DNA of 64,000 bases from Minisyncoccota bacterium. Its GTDB lineage: Bacteria > Patescibacteriota > Minisyncoccia > Phycocordibacterales > UBA9973. Positions 20,517 to 29,485 of this stretch are shown piece by piece. The position numbers and the translations under genes were made by a program. Position 1 is the first letter of the stretch; each line of letters begins with the position of its first letter. The notes under the pieces were generated by a model. It was not told the origin of the DNA. It was given only the letters and a program-made list of their open reading frames with translations, and did not search any database. The stretch is taken from contig JBAZVG010000001.1 in assembly GCA_041661005.1 (NCBI GenBank), positions 295,544 to 359,543 on the forward strand, in the 5' to 3' direction.

Positions 20517-20669
20517 CAAAGCACTTACATGAAAAAGAGCACACTGCTGTGCTCTTTTTCATGTAAGTGCTTTGTGAAGACGGAAGTATGTTTTTCCAGT
20601 AAGAAAAACAACTGAGTCCGGGGCTGGAAAATTTTCTTTTGACGAAAAGAAAATTATTGTGGCTCACAT
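20514..20669 (+). mobile_element. tRNA-Glu-associated structured leader element (copy 1)
   Basis: Perfect 30-bp hairpin 20514-20577, then ~90 bp nearly identical to 52056-52146 on the minus strand. Confidence 0.75.
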
Positions 20670-20839
20670 AAACTTCGAATGCGAAGCATCCCTAAAACAA
20701 GCTAGATCCCAAATTGTTTTCCGACATCAACACATCATTGGCGATTTGGAACAGAAAAAGATATACTTCACAATGGACAACAGTACCACTCCGTAAGACT
20801 TGAGCGAAAGCCAAGCAGGAATCAACGAAAGGGATAGTT

Positions 20840-21397
20840 ATGGAACTGAAACCAGCACATAGAAAAGCATTCCGAGAGAACATCAGTACGGTCTGTACCA
20901 ATAGACTGTACAGGGAGGCACTGGAAAGTCTGAAAGTTGCCCCGCTTCCCACGATGTCTGTGTGGATCACTCGACAGATCTACAGAAAATGGAGTAGCAG
21001 TTGGGTCGACGAGAACAAGAGAACCTTGTGGCAGGTTCTCACTGGGGTCAGGAAGGAACCCAAAAAGTTCTACATGTCCCACCCGAAAGAGTGGGAACTG
21101 CCATACAGAGGTGGTTTTGGGAGAAAGGATCGGAATATGGTGGTAAGACTGCAGGTAAAGTGGAAAGTTGACGGAGAAGGCAAGGATGACTTCCTCTATC
21201 AGCACATTGAAGAAATTCCGATGTTTGGTGATGAGAAAAAGTTTCACTTCTTTACCACTGATATTGAAATCTTTCCACTTACGCCTCAACAAGCGGCATT
21301 CGTCGGAGCGATGCGCCTTACCTCATTTACTCCAAGTATATTCTGGGGAACTCGTGAAGACGTGATGGAGATTCAAAACAAGTTCCCCATCGTTTAG
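20840..21397 (+). CDS. Orphan hypothetical protein (first cassette)
   Basis: 185 aa, AAAGGGA SD-like motif, GC-richer than host, terminator hairpin at 21415-21453. Confidence 0.7.
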   Translation: MELKPAHRKAFRENISTVCTNRLYREALESLKVAPLPTMSVWITRQIYRKWSSSWVDENKRTLWQVLTGVRKEPKKFYMSHPKEWELPYRGGFGRKDRNMVVRLQVKWKVDGEGKDDFLYQHIEEIPMFGDEKKFHFFTTDIEIFPLTPQQAAFVGAMRLTSFTPSIFWGTREDVMEIQNKFPIV

Positions 21398-21469
21398 GCA
21401 AGTTCGCAGTATCAAGCCGTGAGGAAGTCGCGATCCGTGACACTCGCGGCTTTCTCATTTAAATATAAG

Positions 21470-21524
21470 AAAATTCTTTATCTGATCGAATATCAGATTC
21501 CAATTCATGGTACAATGTGTCACA
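21470..21524 (+). repeat. 55-bp cassette-boundary repeat R1
   Basis: AAAATTCTTTATCTGATCGAATATCAGATTCCAATTCATGGTACAATGTGTCACA. Confidence 0.7.
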
Positions 21525-21529
21525 GATTT

Positions 21530-22108
21530 ATGAAATCTTTTTTTAGAAAAATTCGTCACAAAACAATTACTCGAAAGTTAGTTATTCCGAAAAATGCTTC
21601 TATTCTCGACACTTCTTGCCAAGATGGTGGATTTTTATCCATACTCATGAAGAACAATGAAGGTAAGAATATTAATATTTTTGGTATTGATATAAGTTCT
21701 ACAGATGTGGAGGCAGCTAAAAAAATAATTCCAACTGGAATTTTTAAAATTACAGATAATAGTTCAATCCCATTCGGGGATAAGACATTCAATACTGTTG
21801 TAAGCTCTCTGACTCTCCACCACATGTCTCAACCCGTAAAATCATTTAATGAAATGAAGCGAGTACTAAAAGATGACGGCTCTATTTATTTAATCGATAT
21901 AATTTCAGAAAATACTGTTTTTAATTTTATCTTAAAACACATAAAGTGTCCTGAACCATATCATTTTGAGAAATTTTATTCCTTAAAAGATCTTAATGAA
22001 TTGTTGACAAAAACAAAATTAAAAATTTCCCAGAAAGTAAAAATACTAACTTTTCCGACCCCCAGTGTTGTTACACCAGTTTTATTAGTGGAATTAAAAA
22101 AGGATTGA
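21530..22108 (+). CDS. Class I SAM-dependent methyltransferase
   Basis: ILDTSCQDG motif I variant, GIDIS, IPFGDKTFNTV, LHH, EMKRVLK. Confidence 0.88.
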   Translation: MKSFFRKIRHKTITRKLVIPKNASILDTSCQDGGFLSILMKNNEGKNINIFGIDISSTDVEAAKKIIPTGIFKITDNSSIPFGDKTFNTVVSSLTLHHMSQPVKSFNEMKRVLKDDGSIYLIDIISENTVFNFILKHIKCPEPYHFEKFYSLKDLNELLTKTKLKISQKVKILTFPTPSVVTPVLLVELKKD

Positions 22109-22163
22109 AAAACTCTTTATCTGACTGAATAGCCGGTTCTGATCTCGCACAATTAGGGTCACA
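22109..22163 (+). repeat. Cassette-boundary repeat R2
   Basis: AAAACTCTTTATCTGACTGAATAGCCGGTTCTGATCTCGCACAATTAGGGTCACA. Confidence 0.8.
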
Positions 22164-22169
22164 CGAAAA

Positions 22170-22736
22170 ATGCCAACCATAGATACTTTAGAAAAAATAA
22201 TTAATACATTAGACCCAGTTAATCCTTATGAGGATGATAGAATGTTGATCTTGTATTGCAGTTTATTTATTGAAGATTATGTAGAAAAAATATATTCACA
22301 AGTAAAAGGAAGCGTAAAATACAAGGATTGCAAATACTGCGGAAAAACCTCAAAACCAGGTTTTTTGAAAAAAGTAAAAGAACTAGCCGATGAAGGCTAT
22401 ATAAATAAAGAAGTTGGACATGATTTGATTATTGAAGAAATATGGAAACACCGAGGACCGGCAGTTCATGAAATAAATCTAGATGTTAGTAAAATCATTG
22501 AAACTGTTGAAAAATACACTAGAGATTCAAAAAGAGATGACCCTCATGGGTTATTAGAGAAATTGTTTAAAAATATAAGTTGGAGAAAAAAACTTCAAAT
22601 GCCTTCAATTGCGATAGTTTTTACTCTTAACCAAACACTGAGTAATATTTTAGGAACTTCCACAAATAAGAAATTAGAATTTGAGATTGATCCGAATTGT
22701 ACAAATATTCGCTCTAAAATTATTAGTTTGGATTAA
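22170..22736 (+). CDS. Hypothetical protein, possible HEPN domain
   Basis: Helical protein with FIEDYV and RGPAVH (Rx4H) motif plus CxxC. Confidence 0.6.
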   Translation: MPTIDTLEKIINTLDPVNPYEDDRMLILYCSLFIEDYVEKIYSQVKGSVKYKDCKYCGKTSKPGFLKKVKELADEGYINKEVGHDLIIEEIWKHRGPAVHEINLDVSKIIETVEKYTRDSKRDDPHGLLEKLFKNISWRKKLQMPSIAIVFTLNQTLSNILGTSTNKKLEFEIDPNCTNIRSKIISLD

Positions 22737-22740
22737 AGGT

Positions 22741-22795
22741 AAATAGTTTTATTTGACTGAAAATCAAGTTCCAATTTCGTACAATTAGGGTCACA
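22741..22795 (+). repeat. Cassette-boundary repeat R3
   Basis: AAATAGTTTTATTTGACTGAAAATCAAGTTCCAATTTCGTACAATTAGGGTCACA. Confidence 0.82.
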
Positions 22796-22811
22796 AAAAT
22801 TAAATTTAAAA

Positions 22812-22849
22812 AGCCAACAAACTTTTCTCCTTTCGGTGTGTTGTTGGCT
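22812..22849 (-). terminator. Hairpin downstream of ORF 22911-23270; paralogue of 4201-4242
   Basis: AGCCAACAA...TTGTTGGCT stem enclosing CTCCTTTCGGTGTG. Confidence 0.6.
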
Positions 22850-22910
22850 AGTATGAATTAATTAGTAACTCACAACTTGCTCGACATACGAGCGTGTTTT
22901 TGTAAAATTC

Positions 22911-23270
22911 TCATACGACAGTTGCATTTAGAATGTTTCCATCTTCTTTCAATGCAGTGACGGTAAGTCGAGCTCCGTCAAGTTCAAGCATCAAGGCGAA
23001 AGATCTTTCACTATTTTCTTCCACCTCAATATTCTCAACGTCGTACCCTAGCTGTCGGTAATACCCCGTGGTGAGCTCCTTTATGACATCCATAGGGGTT
23101 TCTTCTAAAAGACCTAGTCGAATGTGTTCAAAGTTTCCTGGATCAACATGATCGGCGAGTGTATTTCCGTCCGACATGTCGATTGCAGCCAAAGAAATCA
23201 TGTCTGCAACATCCAGCTCAGAACAGGCCAATTCCTGAACTAGAAACATCTTTAAGGTTAAATCTTGCAT
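22911..23270 (-). CDS. Orphan acidic hypothetical protein
   Basis: 119-aa ORF; TTGACA at 23357-23362 on the minus strand. Confidence 0.7.
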   Translation of the reverse strand: MQDLTLKMFLVQELACSELDVADMISLAAIDMSDGNTLADHVDPGNFEHIRLGLLEETPMDVIKELTTGYYRQLGYDVENIEVEENSERSFALMLELDGARLTVTALKEDGNILNATVV

Positions 23271-23412
23271 ATTTTTGAAGACTAAGGGTTTATTTCAAAA
23301 GGATACTGCTAGGCATCCAGAACTGTTTAATTTAAAATATATATTATTTAGGTTATTGTCAAGTACGCCTAATTCTTGGCCTCGAGTATTAATTCCAAAA
23401 AATGAAGCATGG

Positions 23413-23465
23413 AAACCCTTTATATAATTCAGGATTAGGTTCCAATCTCGCATAATTAGTTCACA
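23413..23465 (+). repeat. Cassette-boundary repeat R4
   Basis: AAACCCTTTATATAATTCAGGATTAGGTTCCAATCTCGCATAATTAGTTCACA. Confidence 0.78.
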
Positions 23466-23470
23466 AATCT

Positions 23471-24142
23471 TTATCTTAATTTTCCACCAATCTCAGAAGA
23501 AGGACTCTCATTTTTCTTGCCAAGATATTTAGTTTCATACCAAGCTTTTAATTCGGGTATCTCTTTAATTTGTCTTATGACTGAATCTCGATAACTTCCA
23601 GTTTCTCCAACTTCTTTATCAAGCAATTCCTGCATTAATGGCTGTTCGGCACTGATTGAAATTTTTTCAATCGGAATGTCATCAGTAAATATTACTTCAG
23701 GTAAAACAAATGGGTATCGCTCCGGATGCCGCAAGTATTCTGCAATAGGAACCTTGGAACCAATGTATTTTCCTTCTGCGATTTTCCTTTCATTATAAAT
23801 TTCTTTTCCGCCACCTTCAGAACCGATTTTATAAAGAAACTTTTCTATTTCTCCTCTATCAACAACAAAAACATTTTTATCACTTTCGTCTACTTGTATT
23901 TCAAGCAACATTCTTCCAATGTCTCTTGTGAGGTGAAACCATATATCAGGGAATTGAGTATTGTGTGTCCAATTTTTAGGCACCGGTTCCAAAAGAGCGA
24001 AAACAGCCCCAGTATCCAAAGCATCTTCATGAACTTGACCAACTCTACGAATTGCTCCCAACCCCGACTTATCACGAGATTTCCAAGAGCCCTTTTTAAT
24101 AAGAGCCCAGTTGTCTAATGAAGTATAGTGATAAACTTTCAT
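23471..24142 (-). CDS. Hypothetical protein
   Basis: 223-aa ORF; N-terminal YHYTS and late LPEVIFTDDIP. Confidence 0.75.
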   Translation of the reverse strand: MKVYHYTSLDNWALIKKGSWKSRDKSGLGAIRRVGQVHEDALDTGAVFALLEPVPKNWTHNTQFPDIWFHLTRDIGRMLLEIQVDESDKNVFVVDRGEIEKFLYKIGSEGGGKEIYNERKIAEGKYIGSKVPIAEYLRHPERYPFVLPEVIFTDDIPIEKISISAEQPLMQELLDKEVGETGSYRDSVIRQIKEIPELKAWYETKYLGKKNESPSSEIGGKLR

Positions 24143-24174
24143 AATTCAATATTACAACTTTAATACAAAATTTC

Positions 24175-24228
24175 AAAACCCTTTATTCTACTAAAAATCT
24201 GTTTCCAATCTCGTATAATTAGATCACA
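24175..24228 (+). repeat. Cassette-boundary repeat R5
   Basis: AAAACCCTTTATTCTACTAAAAATCTGTTTCCAATCTCGTATAATTAGATCACA. Confidence 0.78.
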
Positions 24229-24273
24229 ATTCAGAAACTTGGCTTAAAAAATAATTAAAGCTATACTCTTACC

Positions 24274-24522
24274 ATGCAAAAAAAGATTAAAAAATTCATT
24301 GTTTTGACCATCGGAATTATTTTCATATTATTCGGACTGCTCGGATTAGTGTTACCTTTCTTGCAAGGAATTATTTTTTTAGTTATCGGCCTTATTCTCG
24401 TGTCTTTATGTTTTCCAAAAGCCCGAATGTGGGTAAATAAGCACACGCAACATCACCCTCGCTTGTTCCGCATAGCAAATAAAATAGAAATGTGGGCTGA
24501 AAAATTTATCGGAGAGATGTAA
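24274..24522 (+). CDS. Small membrane protein (DUF454/PGPGW-like)
   Basis: IGIIFILFGLLGLVLPFLQGIIFLVIGL helical-hairpin pattern. Confidence 0.75.
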   Translation: MQKKIKKFIVLTIGIIFILFGLLGLVLPFLQGIIFLVIGLILVSLCFPKARMWVNKHTQHHPRLFRIANKIEMWAEKFIGEM

Positions 24523-24534
24523 TTTTTATATTTT

Positions 24535-25857
24535 TTATTTCTTCTTCTTCCATTCACTGTCCTGACGAACCAGCAACTTATTTTTATTTTCTTGGTCTAA
24601 AAGTATCGCCTCCGCTATTCGCTCCATGCGCATGCCTTGAGAGCCTTTGATGAGTATCAGATCTCGCTTTTGCACAAAAGTTTTTACAAATTCCCCCGCT
24701 TGGTATGAATTTAAAAATTCAAAAACATTTTCACCGCTCATTCCCGCTTCCAGAGCGCCAGACTTTATGGCTTGAGCTCTCGGACCTACTGTTATCAAAA
24801 CATCGTGATTTCCTTTCAAATTTTCTCCCGCAATCTTGCCAATATTTTTGTGAGCTTCTTCTGTATGTTTTCCGAGTTCCAGCATATCACCCAATATGGC
24901 GACCTTTCGACTTGATTTTTTTGATTTATTGCGCTTTATACCGCCCAGAGTATCGAGCGCAGACTCGCAGGCAAAAGGAGAAGAATTGTAGGTATCGTCA
25001 ATAATCATCGAATCATTTATGCCTTTCAATAATTTCATACGCCCCGGCGGAACGTCATAATTTTTAAGAACATCTATGGTATCTATAATATTTAATTTCA
25101 GCGCAAAAGATAAAGCGATAGATGCCAGAGACGCATAGACATGATTTCTGCCAAATACTCCGTTTATAACCACAGGCAAGCTATTTCCTTCCACATCTGC
25201 TCTAAAGACTACTCCCTCTGGTTCGCCTGAATCATTATAAAAAATACTGTCGGCAGAACCTCGGACGTCAGCCCCTTCTTTGAATCCATAAGTCACAGTA
25301 CGATGCTTGCTATTTGCCCTCATCTTCAACACATCCTCGTCGTCAGCATTCAATATAAAAGCTCCGTCTTGTTTTAAAGTTTTTATAAGCTTACTTTTTT
25401 CTTCGATCAGATTTTTGCGTGAATTGAAAAATTCAATATGCGCCGGAGTTTCCCCGATGGCCGTGATGATGACAATATCGCATTTCAACCATGAAGCAGT
25501 TTTATGCATATCTCCTTCCCTACCCACTCCCACTTCGAGAATAAGCCATTTAGGATATTTATGAGGAATCAAGAAAAGATACAAACCCTTAAAAATATTT
25601 TTCAACCATACAAAGGGGTTATTCCATCCATTCGGGATACCTAAAATAGTAAGAGGTAAACCTATCTCGCTGTTATAACTCTTCTCGCTTTTACGAACAT
25701 GGGAAACTTTAGACAGAACTGCAAAAACAGCGTCCTTGGTGGAAGTCTTGCCGACTGATCCAGTGATAGCAATAATTTGCGGTTTATATTTAGAAAGAAC
25801 TAAACGCGATTCTATCCGTAATATATGAGCTATTGTTTTTTTAAATATGGATTTCAT
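24535..25857 (-). CDS. murF: UDP-MurNAc-tripeptide--D-Ala-D-Ala ligase MurF
   Basis: ITGSVGKTSTKD, YNSEIGLP, DDTYNSSP, LGDMLELG, IKGSQ. Confidence 0.93.
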   Translation of the reverse strand: MKSIFKKTIAHILRIESRLVLSKYKPQIIAITGSVGKTSTKDAVFAVLSKVSHVRKSEKSYNSEIGLPLTILGIPNGWNNPFVWLKNIFKGLYLFLIPHKYPKWLILEVGVGREGDMHKTASWLKCDIVIITAIGETPAHIEFFNSRKNLIEEKSKLIKTLKQDGAFILNADDEDVLKMRANSKHRTVTYGFKEGADVRGSADSIFYNDSGEPEGVVFRADVEGNSLPVVINGVFGRNHVYASLASIALSFALKLNIIDTIDVLKNYDVPPGRMKLLKGINDSMIIDDTYNSSPFACESALDTLGGIKRNKSKKSSRKVAILGDMLELGKHTEEAHKNIGKIAGENLKGNHDVLITVGPRAQAIKSGALEAGMSGENVFEFLNSYQAGEFVKTFVQKRDLILIKGSQGMRMERIAEAILLDQENKNKLLVRQDSEWKKKK

Positions 25858-25859
25858 GG

Positions 25860-27587
25860 CTATCTATCAGGTGGAACTTCATAATAATTCAGCAAAAACT
25901 TCGTGATATCTAAAAATGGATCGGTCCAAGTCGTCGCCGCGTAAGGCACACCTTTTGGATTTACCGCATAAAGAAAGACAATAAACTTTGGATCATAAGC
26001 CGGAAAATAGCCTACAAAAGAATGCGTATGCCTATCTTCATAATATCCTCCAGTCGTATTGTCTGCAACTTGCGCTGTTCCCGTTTTTACGGCTACACTA
26101 AAATGATCCAATTTCGCCAAGCCCCCCTTGATCGCTTTATCCATGACCTCTACAAGCATTCGAGTTATTTCTTCCGAAGCCTGTTTAGTGATTTTGGCGG
26201 GCACAGTCGGATATAGCATTTCCTTGGATATCCCGTTGACATATTTTATCTCTTTGACGACATGGGGCACAACCAAGTTTCCTCCGTTTGCGAGCGTTGC
26301 GAGCGCCCGTATCAGCTCGACTGGGGTGAGAGCTATTCCCTGGCCGAAAGCGGCATTGGCATATTCAATCTCGCGGGGACTATTTAGATTTCCCACAAGT
26401 CCGCTGGTTTCATTTGGTAAATCAATTCCAGTCTTTTCTTTTATCCCATACGAAAGCAAATAATCGCGCAATCTTTCCTTGCCCAATTTCTGCGCGACAT
26501 ATACCATTCCAGTGTTCAGAGACTGATTTAAAACTTCTTGCATGCTTGTTCCCGGACCTCTGCCTTTCTTGTCAAAATTGAATATTTCTTTTTTCTCGAC
26601 AATGATGGACCCTTTATCATTGTATGCGGTATCTGCCGTAACAACTCCAGCATCTAGAGCTCCCGCCATCACCAAAGGTTTTACCACAGACCCGAATTCC
26701 AAGACATTTTCAACCAACGGATTAGAAAAAACAAAGTTACTTTTTTCTTTGGAAAATTCATTCGGATTAAAATCCGGTTTGACGCCCATGGCATAGATAG
26801 ATCCATCTTGCGGATTCATGATTATCCCGCCGATGGAATCCGTCTGATATTTTTCTCTGGTTTCAGTCAGTTTTTTTTCTAAAAAATTCTGCACCTCTGG
26901 CTCAATAGTCGTCACCACATCCCCCTCCACCTCTTCCTGCCTGAATAATGTTTTATTTATATTAGAAAAAACTTCGGCAAAAAAATTCACATAAGGTTTG
27001 TCATTTTTTCTGGAAAGTAAACTATCGTATTGTCTCTCGAGGCCGTAACGCCCGCCAAGCTCGGTGTCTTTATAGCCCACCAAGCCAAGCGCATGAGAAG
27101 CAAGGGTCTTGCCGGGATAAAAACGCCACTTTTGTTTAAAGATGTTCAGTCCGGAAATTTTTAGAGCAGACACGGCATCGGCTTGTTCTTTTGAAAGACG
27201 AATTGCTATCTCCTCATAGGGATCGCTTGTTTTAGAAGCTTTGTTTATGAAATCATCATAATCGAGAGTTATTATTTTCGATAGTTCCTGATAAACAAAT
27301 TCTTTGTCTGCAATTTTACCGGGATCGATAGCAACCTTGAATCCAGTGGTCTGCGTAGCAGCTGCGATCAGCTGTCCATCTTTGCCGTCTTTTCCCCTGC
27401 TTTGAAAAAAAATAGTCCCACGCTCAAAAATATCGCTTCCGGGTGTGGCATACTGGCGATCTGCAGATTCTGAATATGTGTCACCGTGCACGACTTGCAC
27501 TAAAAAAAGCTTTGCCATCAAAGTCAGACTAAAAACTATAATACAAAAAAGTGTAATTCTAGATCTGGATATAAAACTATAAGTCAT
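25860..27587 (-). CDS. ftsI: Class B penicillin-binding protein (FtsI/PBP3)
   Basis: SVVK, SLN and KTGTAQ catalytic motifs; position in dcw cluster. Confidence 0.9.
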   Translation of the reverse strand: MTYSFISRSRITLFCIIVFSLTLMAKLFLVQVVHGDTYSESADRQYATPGSDIFERGTIFFQSRGKDGKDGQLIAAATQTTGFKVAIDPGKIADKEFVYQELSKIITLDYDDFINKASKTSDPYEEIAIRLSKEQADAVSALKISGLNIFKQKWRFYPGKTLASHALGLVGYKDTELGGRYGLERQYDSLLSRKNDKPYVNFFAEVFSNINKTLFRQEEVEGDVVTTIEPEVQNFLEKKLTETREKYQTDSIGGIIMNPQDGSIYAMGVKPDFNPNEFSKEKSNFVFSNPLVENVLEFGSVVKPLVMAGALDAGVVTADTAYNDKGSIIVEKKEIFNFDKKGRGPGTSMQEVLNQSLNTGMVYVAQKLGKERLRDYLLSYGIKEKTGIDLPNETSGLVGNLNSPREIEYANAAFGQGIALTPVELIRALATLANGGNLVVPHVVKEIKYVNGISKEMLYPTVPAKITKQASEEITRMLVEVMDKAIKGGLAKLDHFSVAVKTGTAQVADNTTGGYYEDRHTHSFVGYFPAYDPKFIVFLYAVNPKGVPYAATTWTDPFLDITKFLLNYYEVPPDR

Positions 27588-27954
27588 TTTGCGATATTTT
27601 TACACTTCCAAAAGATTCACTTGCTGGTCGATAACCTAGAGTTTTACGGGTTGCAAATGTTGCTTTTGTTTCTTTGAATCCCAAAGAATACGAAAGAGTG
27701 AGATCTATGTCTTTAGACATAGAAAAATAGGACACTTCCAAATTTCGAACTTCGTTGGTAAGAGCGCGCACATTCGTTTCGAGACTTTGACGTTCTACAA
27801 TATTTTTAACCATATTGCCTAAAAGAAAGACGTAGAAAAATGCTAGTATCCCAAAAGAGCAAAAAATAATATTCAAAGAAAGCTTTTCGAGGCCGTAATT
27901 TATTACACCTACGCTTTTTGTATACATATTAAATTTTGAATTTATTTGTCCCAT
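27577..27954 (-). CDS. Putative FtsL-like cell division protein
   Basis: Single TM plus coiled coil, located between rsmH and ftsI. Confidence 0.6.
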   Translation of the reverse strand: MGQINSKFNMYTKSVGVINYGLEKLSLNIIFCSFGILAFFYVFLLGNMVKNIVERQSLETNVRALTNEVRNLEVSYFSMSKDIDLTLSYSLGFKETKATFATRKTLGYRPASESFGSVKISQNDL

Positions 27955-27957
27955 TTT

Positions 27958-28887
27958 TTATTTTACTTGCCCCGCCTTGGCGGTGGTTTTCTCTATGATT
28001 CTCAACTTAGCGCTTCTTGACCTCGGATTATTTTTTATTTCATCACCACTCGCTAAAATCACTTTTTTATTTATCAATTTTGCTTTTCCTTCCTCTACTT
28101 TCTCTTTATAAAATCTTTTTACTATCCTATCCTCTAAGCTATGAAAAGAAATCACTGACATCCTCCCGTTTGCTTTCAACAACTTGAAACCTTTATCTAA
28201 ACCTTCAGCGAGCGCTCCCAGTTCGTCATTGACCGCTATTCGTATTGCCTGAAAAGTTCTGGTGGCAAAATGCAGTCTTCCCCTCTTGTATACAGCTGGC
28301 ACCGCATCACTGATTATCTTTACTAAATCAAAAGTCGTTTCAATCTTCGCCTTTTGCCTGGCTTCCACTATCCCCTTGGCTATCCTTCTTGAAAACTTTT
28401 CTTCGCCATAGCCATAGATAATGTCAGTCAAGCTTTGCTCGCTCCAAGTATTTACGACGTCCTTCGCCGTAACATCTTCCGGGCGAGGATTTTCCTTCAT
28501 GGTCATGATGAGTGGCTCATCTTTCATAAAAGAAAATCCTCTTCCAGAAACATCAAGCTGATCAGAACTCAAACCCAAATCAAGAATAATACCGTCCACT
28601 TCCCCGACTCCCATTTGTCCCAAGACTTTGTCGATATTCCTAAAATTGTCATTTACGAAAGTTGTGTCGCAGTTCTTGAATCTATCTCTCTCTGCAAAAA
28701 CATTTTTATCCTGATCTAGGGCGACAATCTTCACATCGAGATATCTTTTGCAAATTTCCAAACTATGCCCTCCGCCACCGAATGTGCCGTCTATCACGAC
28801 CCCATTGGATTTTAAATTTAAACCATCTATTGTTTCTTTTAAAAGAACTGTCTTGTGCCTAGTGCCAACCATCTGCGCCTTTGTCAT
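27958..28887 (-). CDS. rsmH: 16S rRNA m4C1402 methyltransferase RsmH
   Basis: HKTVLL, DGTFGGGGHS, DLGLSS, FQAIRIAVNDEL, SFHSLEDR, NPRSRSAKLR; start uncertain. Confidence 0.96.
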   Translation of the reverse strand: MTKAQMVGTRHKTVLLKETIDGLNLKSNGVVIDGTFGGGGHSLEICKRYLDVKIVALDQDKNVFAERDRFKNCDTTFVNDNFRNIDKVLGQMGVGEVDGIILDLGLSSDQLDVSGRGFSFMKDEPLIMTMKENPRPEDVTAKDVVNTWSEQSLTDIIYGYGEEKFSRRIAKGIVEARQKAKIETTFDLVKIISDAVPAVYKRGRLHFATRTFQAIRIAVNDELGALAEGLDKGFKLLKANGRMSVISFHSLEDRIVKRFYKEKVEEGKAKLINKKVILASGDEIKNNPRSRSAKLRIIEKTTAKAGQVK

Positions 28888-28888
28888 C

Positions 28889-29332
28889 CTATTTCCCCTC
28901 ATCTCCAAGCTTCTCCGCCAATTGCTCCGCCTGCTTTTCGATGACTACCTTATTTTCCGACCATGCCTTTTCATTCCAAACTTCCACCCTGTCCTTGACT
29001 CCGATAATTGCCGCTGAATTTTTCAAACCGATTTTATCTTTAAGAAAATCCGGAATTAACATCCTGCCAATCGAATCGATCTCCACTTCTGCCGCCCGTC
29101 CGAACATGTATCGATTAAAACTTCTTTGATCCGCTTTCAAGAAAGATAAATCAGAATCCGAGTCAGAAAGTTTTTTGGAAACTTTTTCCCATTCTTTGAT
29201 TGTAAAAATGAAGAGGCATTGACCGAGTCCAGGTGTGATAATAATTTTCTTGCCAAGTTCGCTACGGAATTTTGCCGGCATAGAAACTCTGTTTTTTTCA
29301 TCTATTGTATGTATGTATTCGCCGATTAACAT
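28889..29332 (-). CDS. mraZ: Transcriptional regulator MraZ
   Basis: GEYIHTIDEKNRVSMPAKFR and DSIGRMLIP motifs. Confidence 0.96.
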   Translation of the reverse strand: MLIGEYIHTIDEKNRVSMPAKFRSELGKKIIITPGLGQCLFIFTIKEWEKVSKKLSDSDSDLSFLKADQRSFNRYMFGRAAEVEIDSIGRMLIPDFLKDKIGLKNSAAIIGVKDRVEVWNEKAWSENKVVIEKQAEQLAEKLGDEGK

Positions 29333-29374
29333 ATGTTTTTTCAAAAATTACTATTTGCACCTTCTTTTTGTATT

Positions 29375-29390
29375 TCCCACTTTTTCCCAC
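29375..29390 (-). promoter_or_regulatory. Putative MraZ-binding direct repeats
   Basis: GTGGGA-AAAA-GTGGGA at 10-bp periodicity upstream of mraZ, matching known MraZ GTGGG boxes. Confidence 0.65.
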
Positions 29391-29436
29391 TTGATATACA
29401 TTGTATGCTACATATAAAATAACACCAAGCGCAAAC

Positions 29437-29479
29437 TGTGGATAACTTTTTGGACTTTGATTGTCGAAAGTTTTACAAT
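29437..29479 (+). promoter_or_regulatory. DnaA box plus sigma70-like promoter (copy A)
   Basis: TGTGGATAA (29437-45); -35 TGGACT, 17 nt, -10 TACAAT; nearly identical copy at 31164-31205. Confidence 0.65.
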
Positions 29480-29485
29480 ATGGAG

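Noticed and set aside
22774-22801. XerC/D dif-like (pdif) sites, since ATTTCGTAYAA resembles a XerC arm
   Set aside because: No XerD arm (TTATGTTAAAT-like) after a 6-bp spacer, and copies are all direct rather than alternating; kept only as a weak alternative.
21470-24228. Repeats read as a CRISPR array or as classical attC sites
   Set aside because: Spacing is 580-710 bp with whole genes between, copies are degenerate, and attC inverted core sites are absent.
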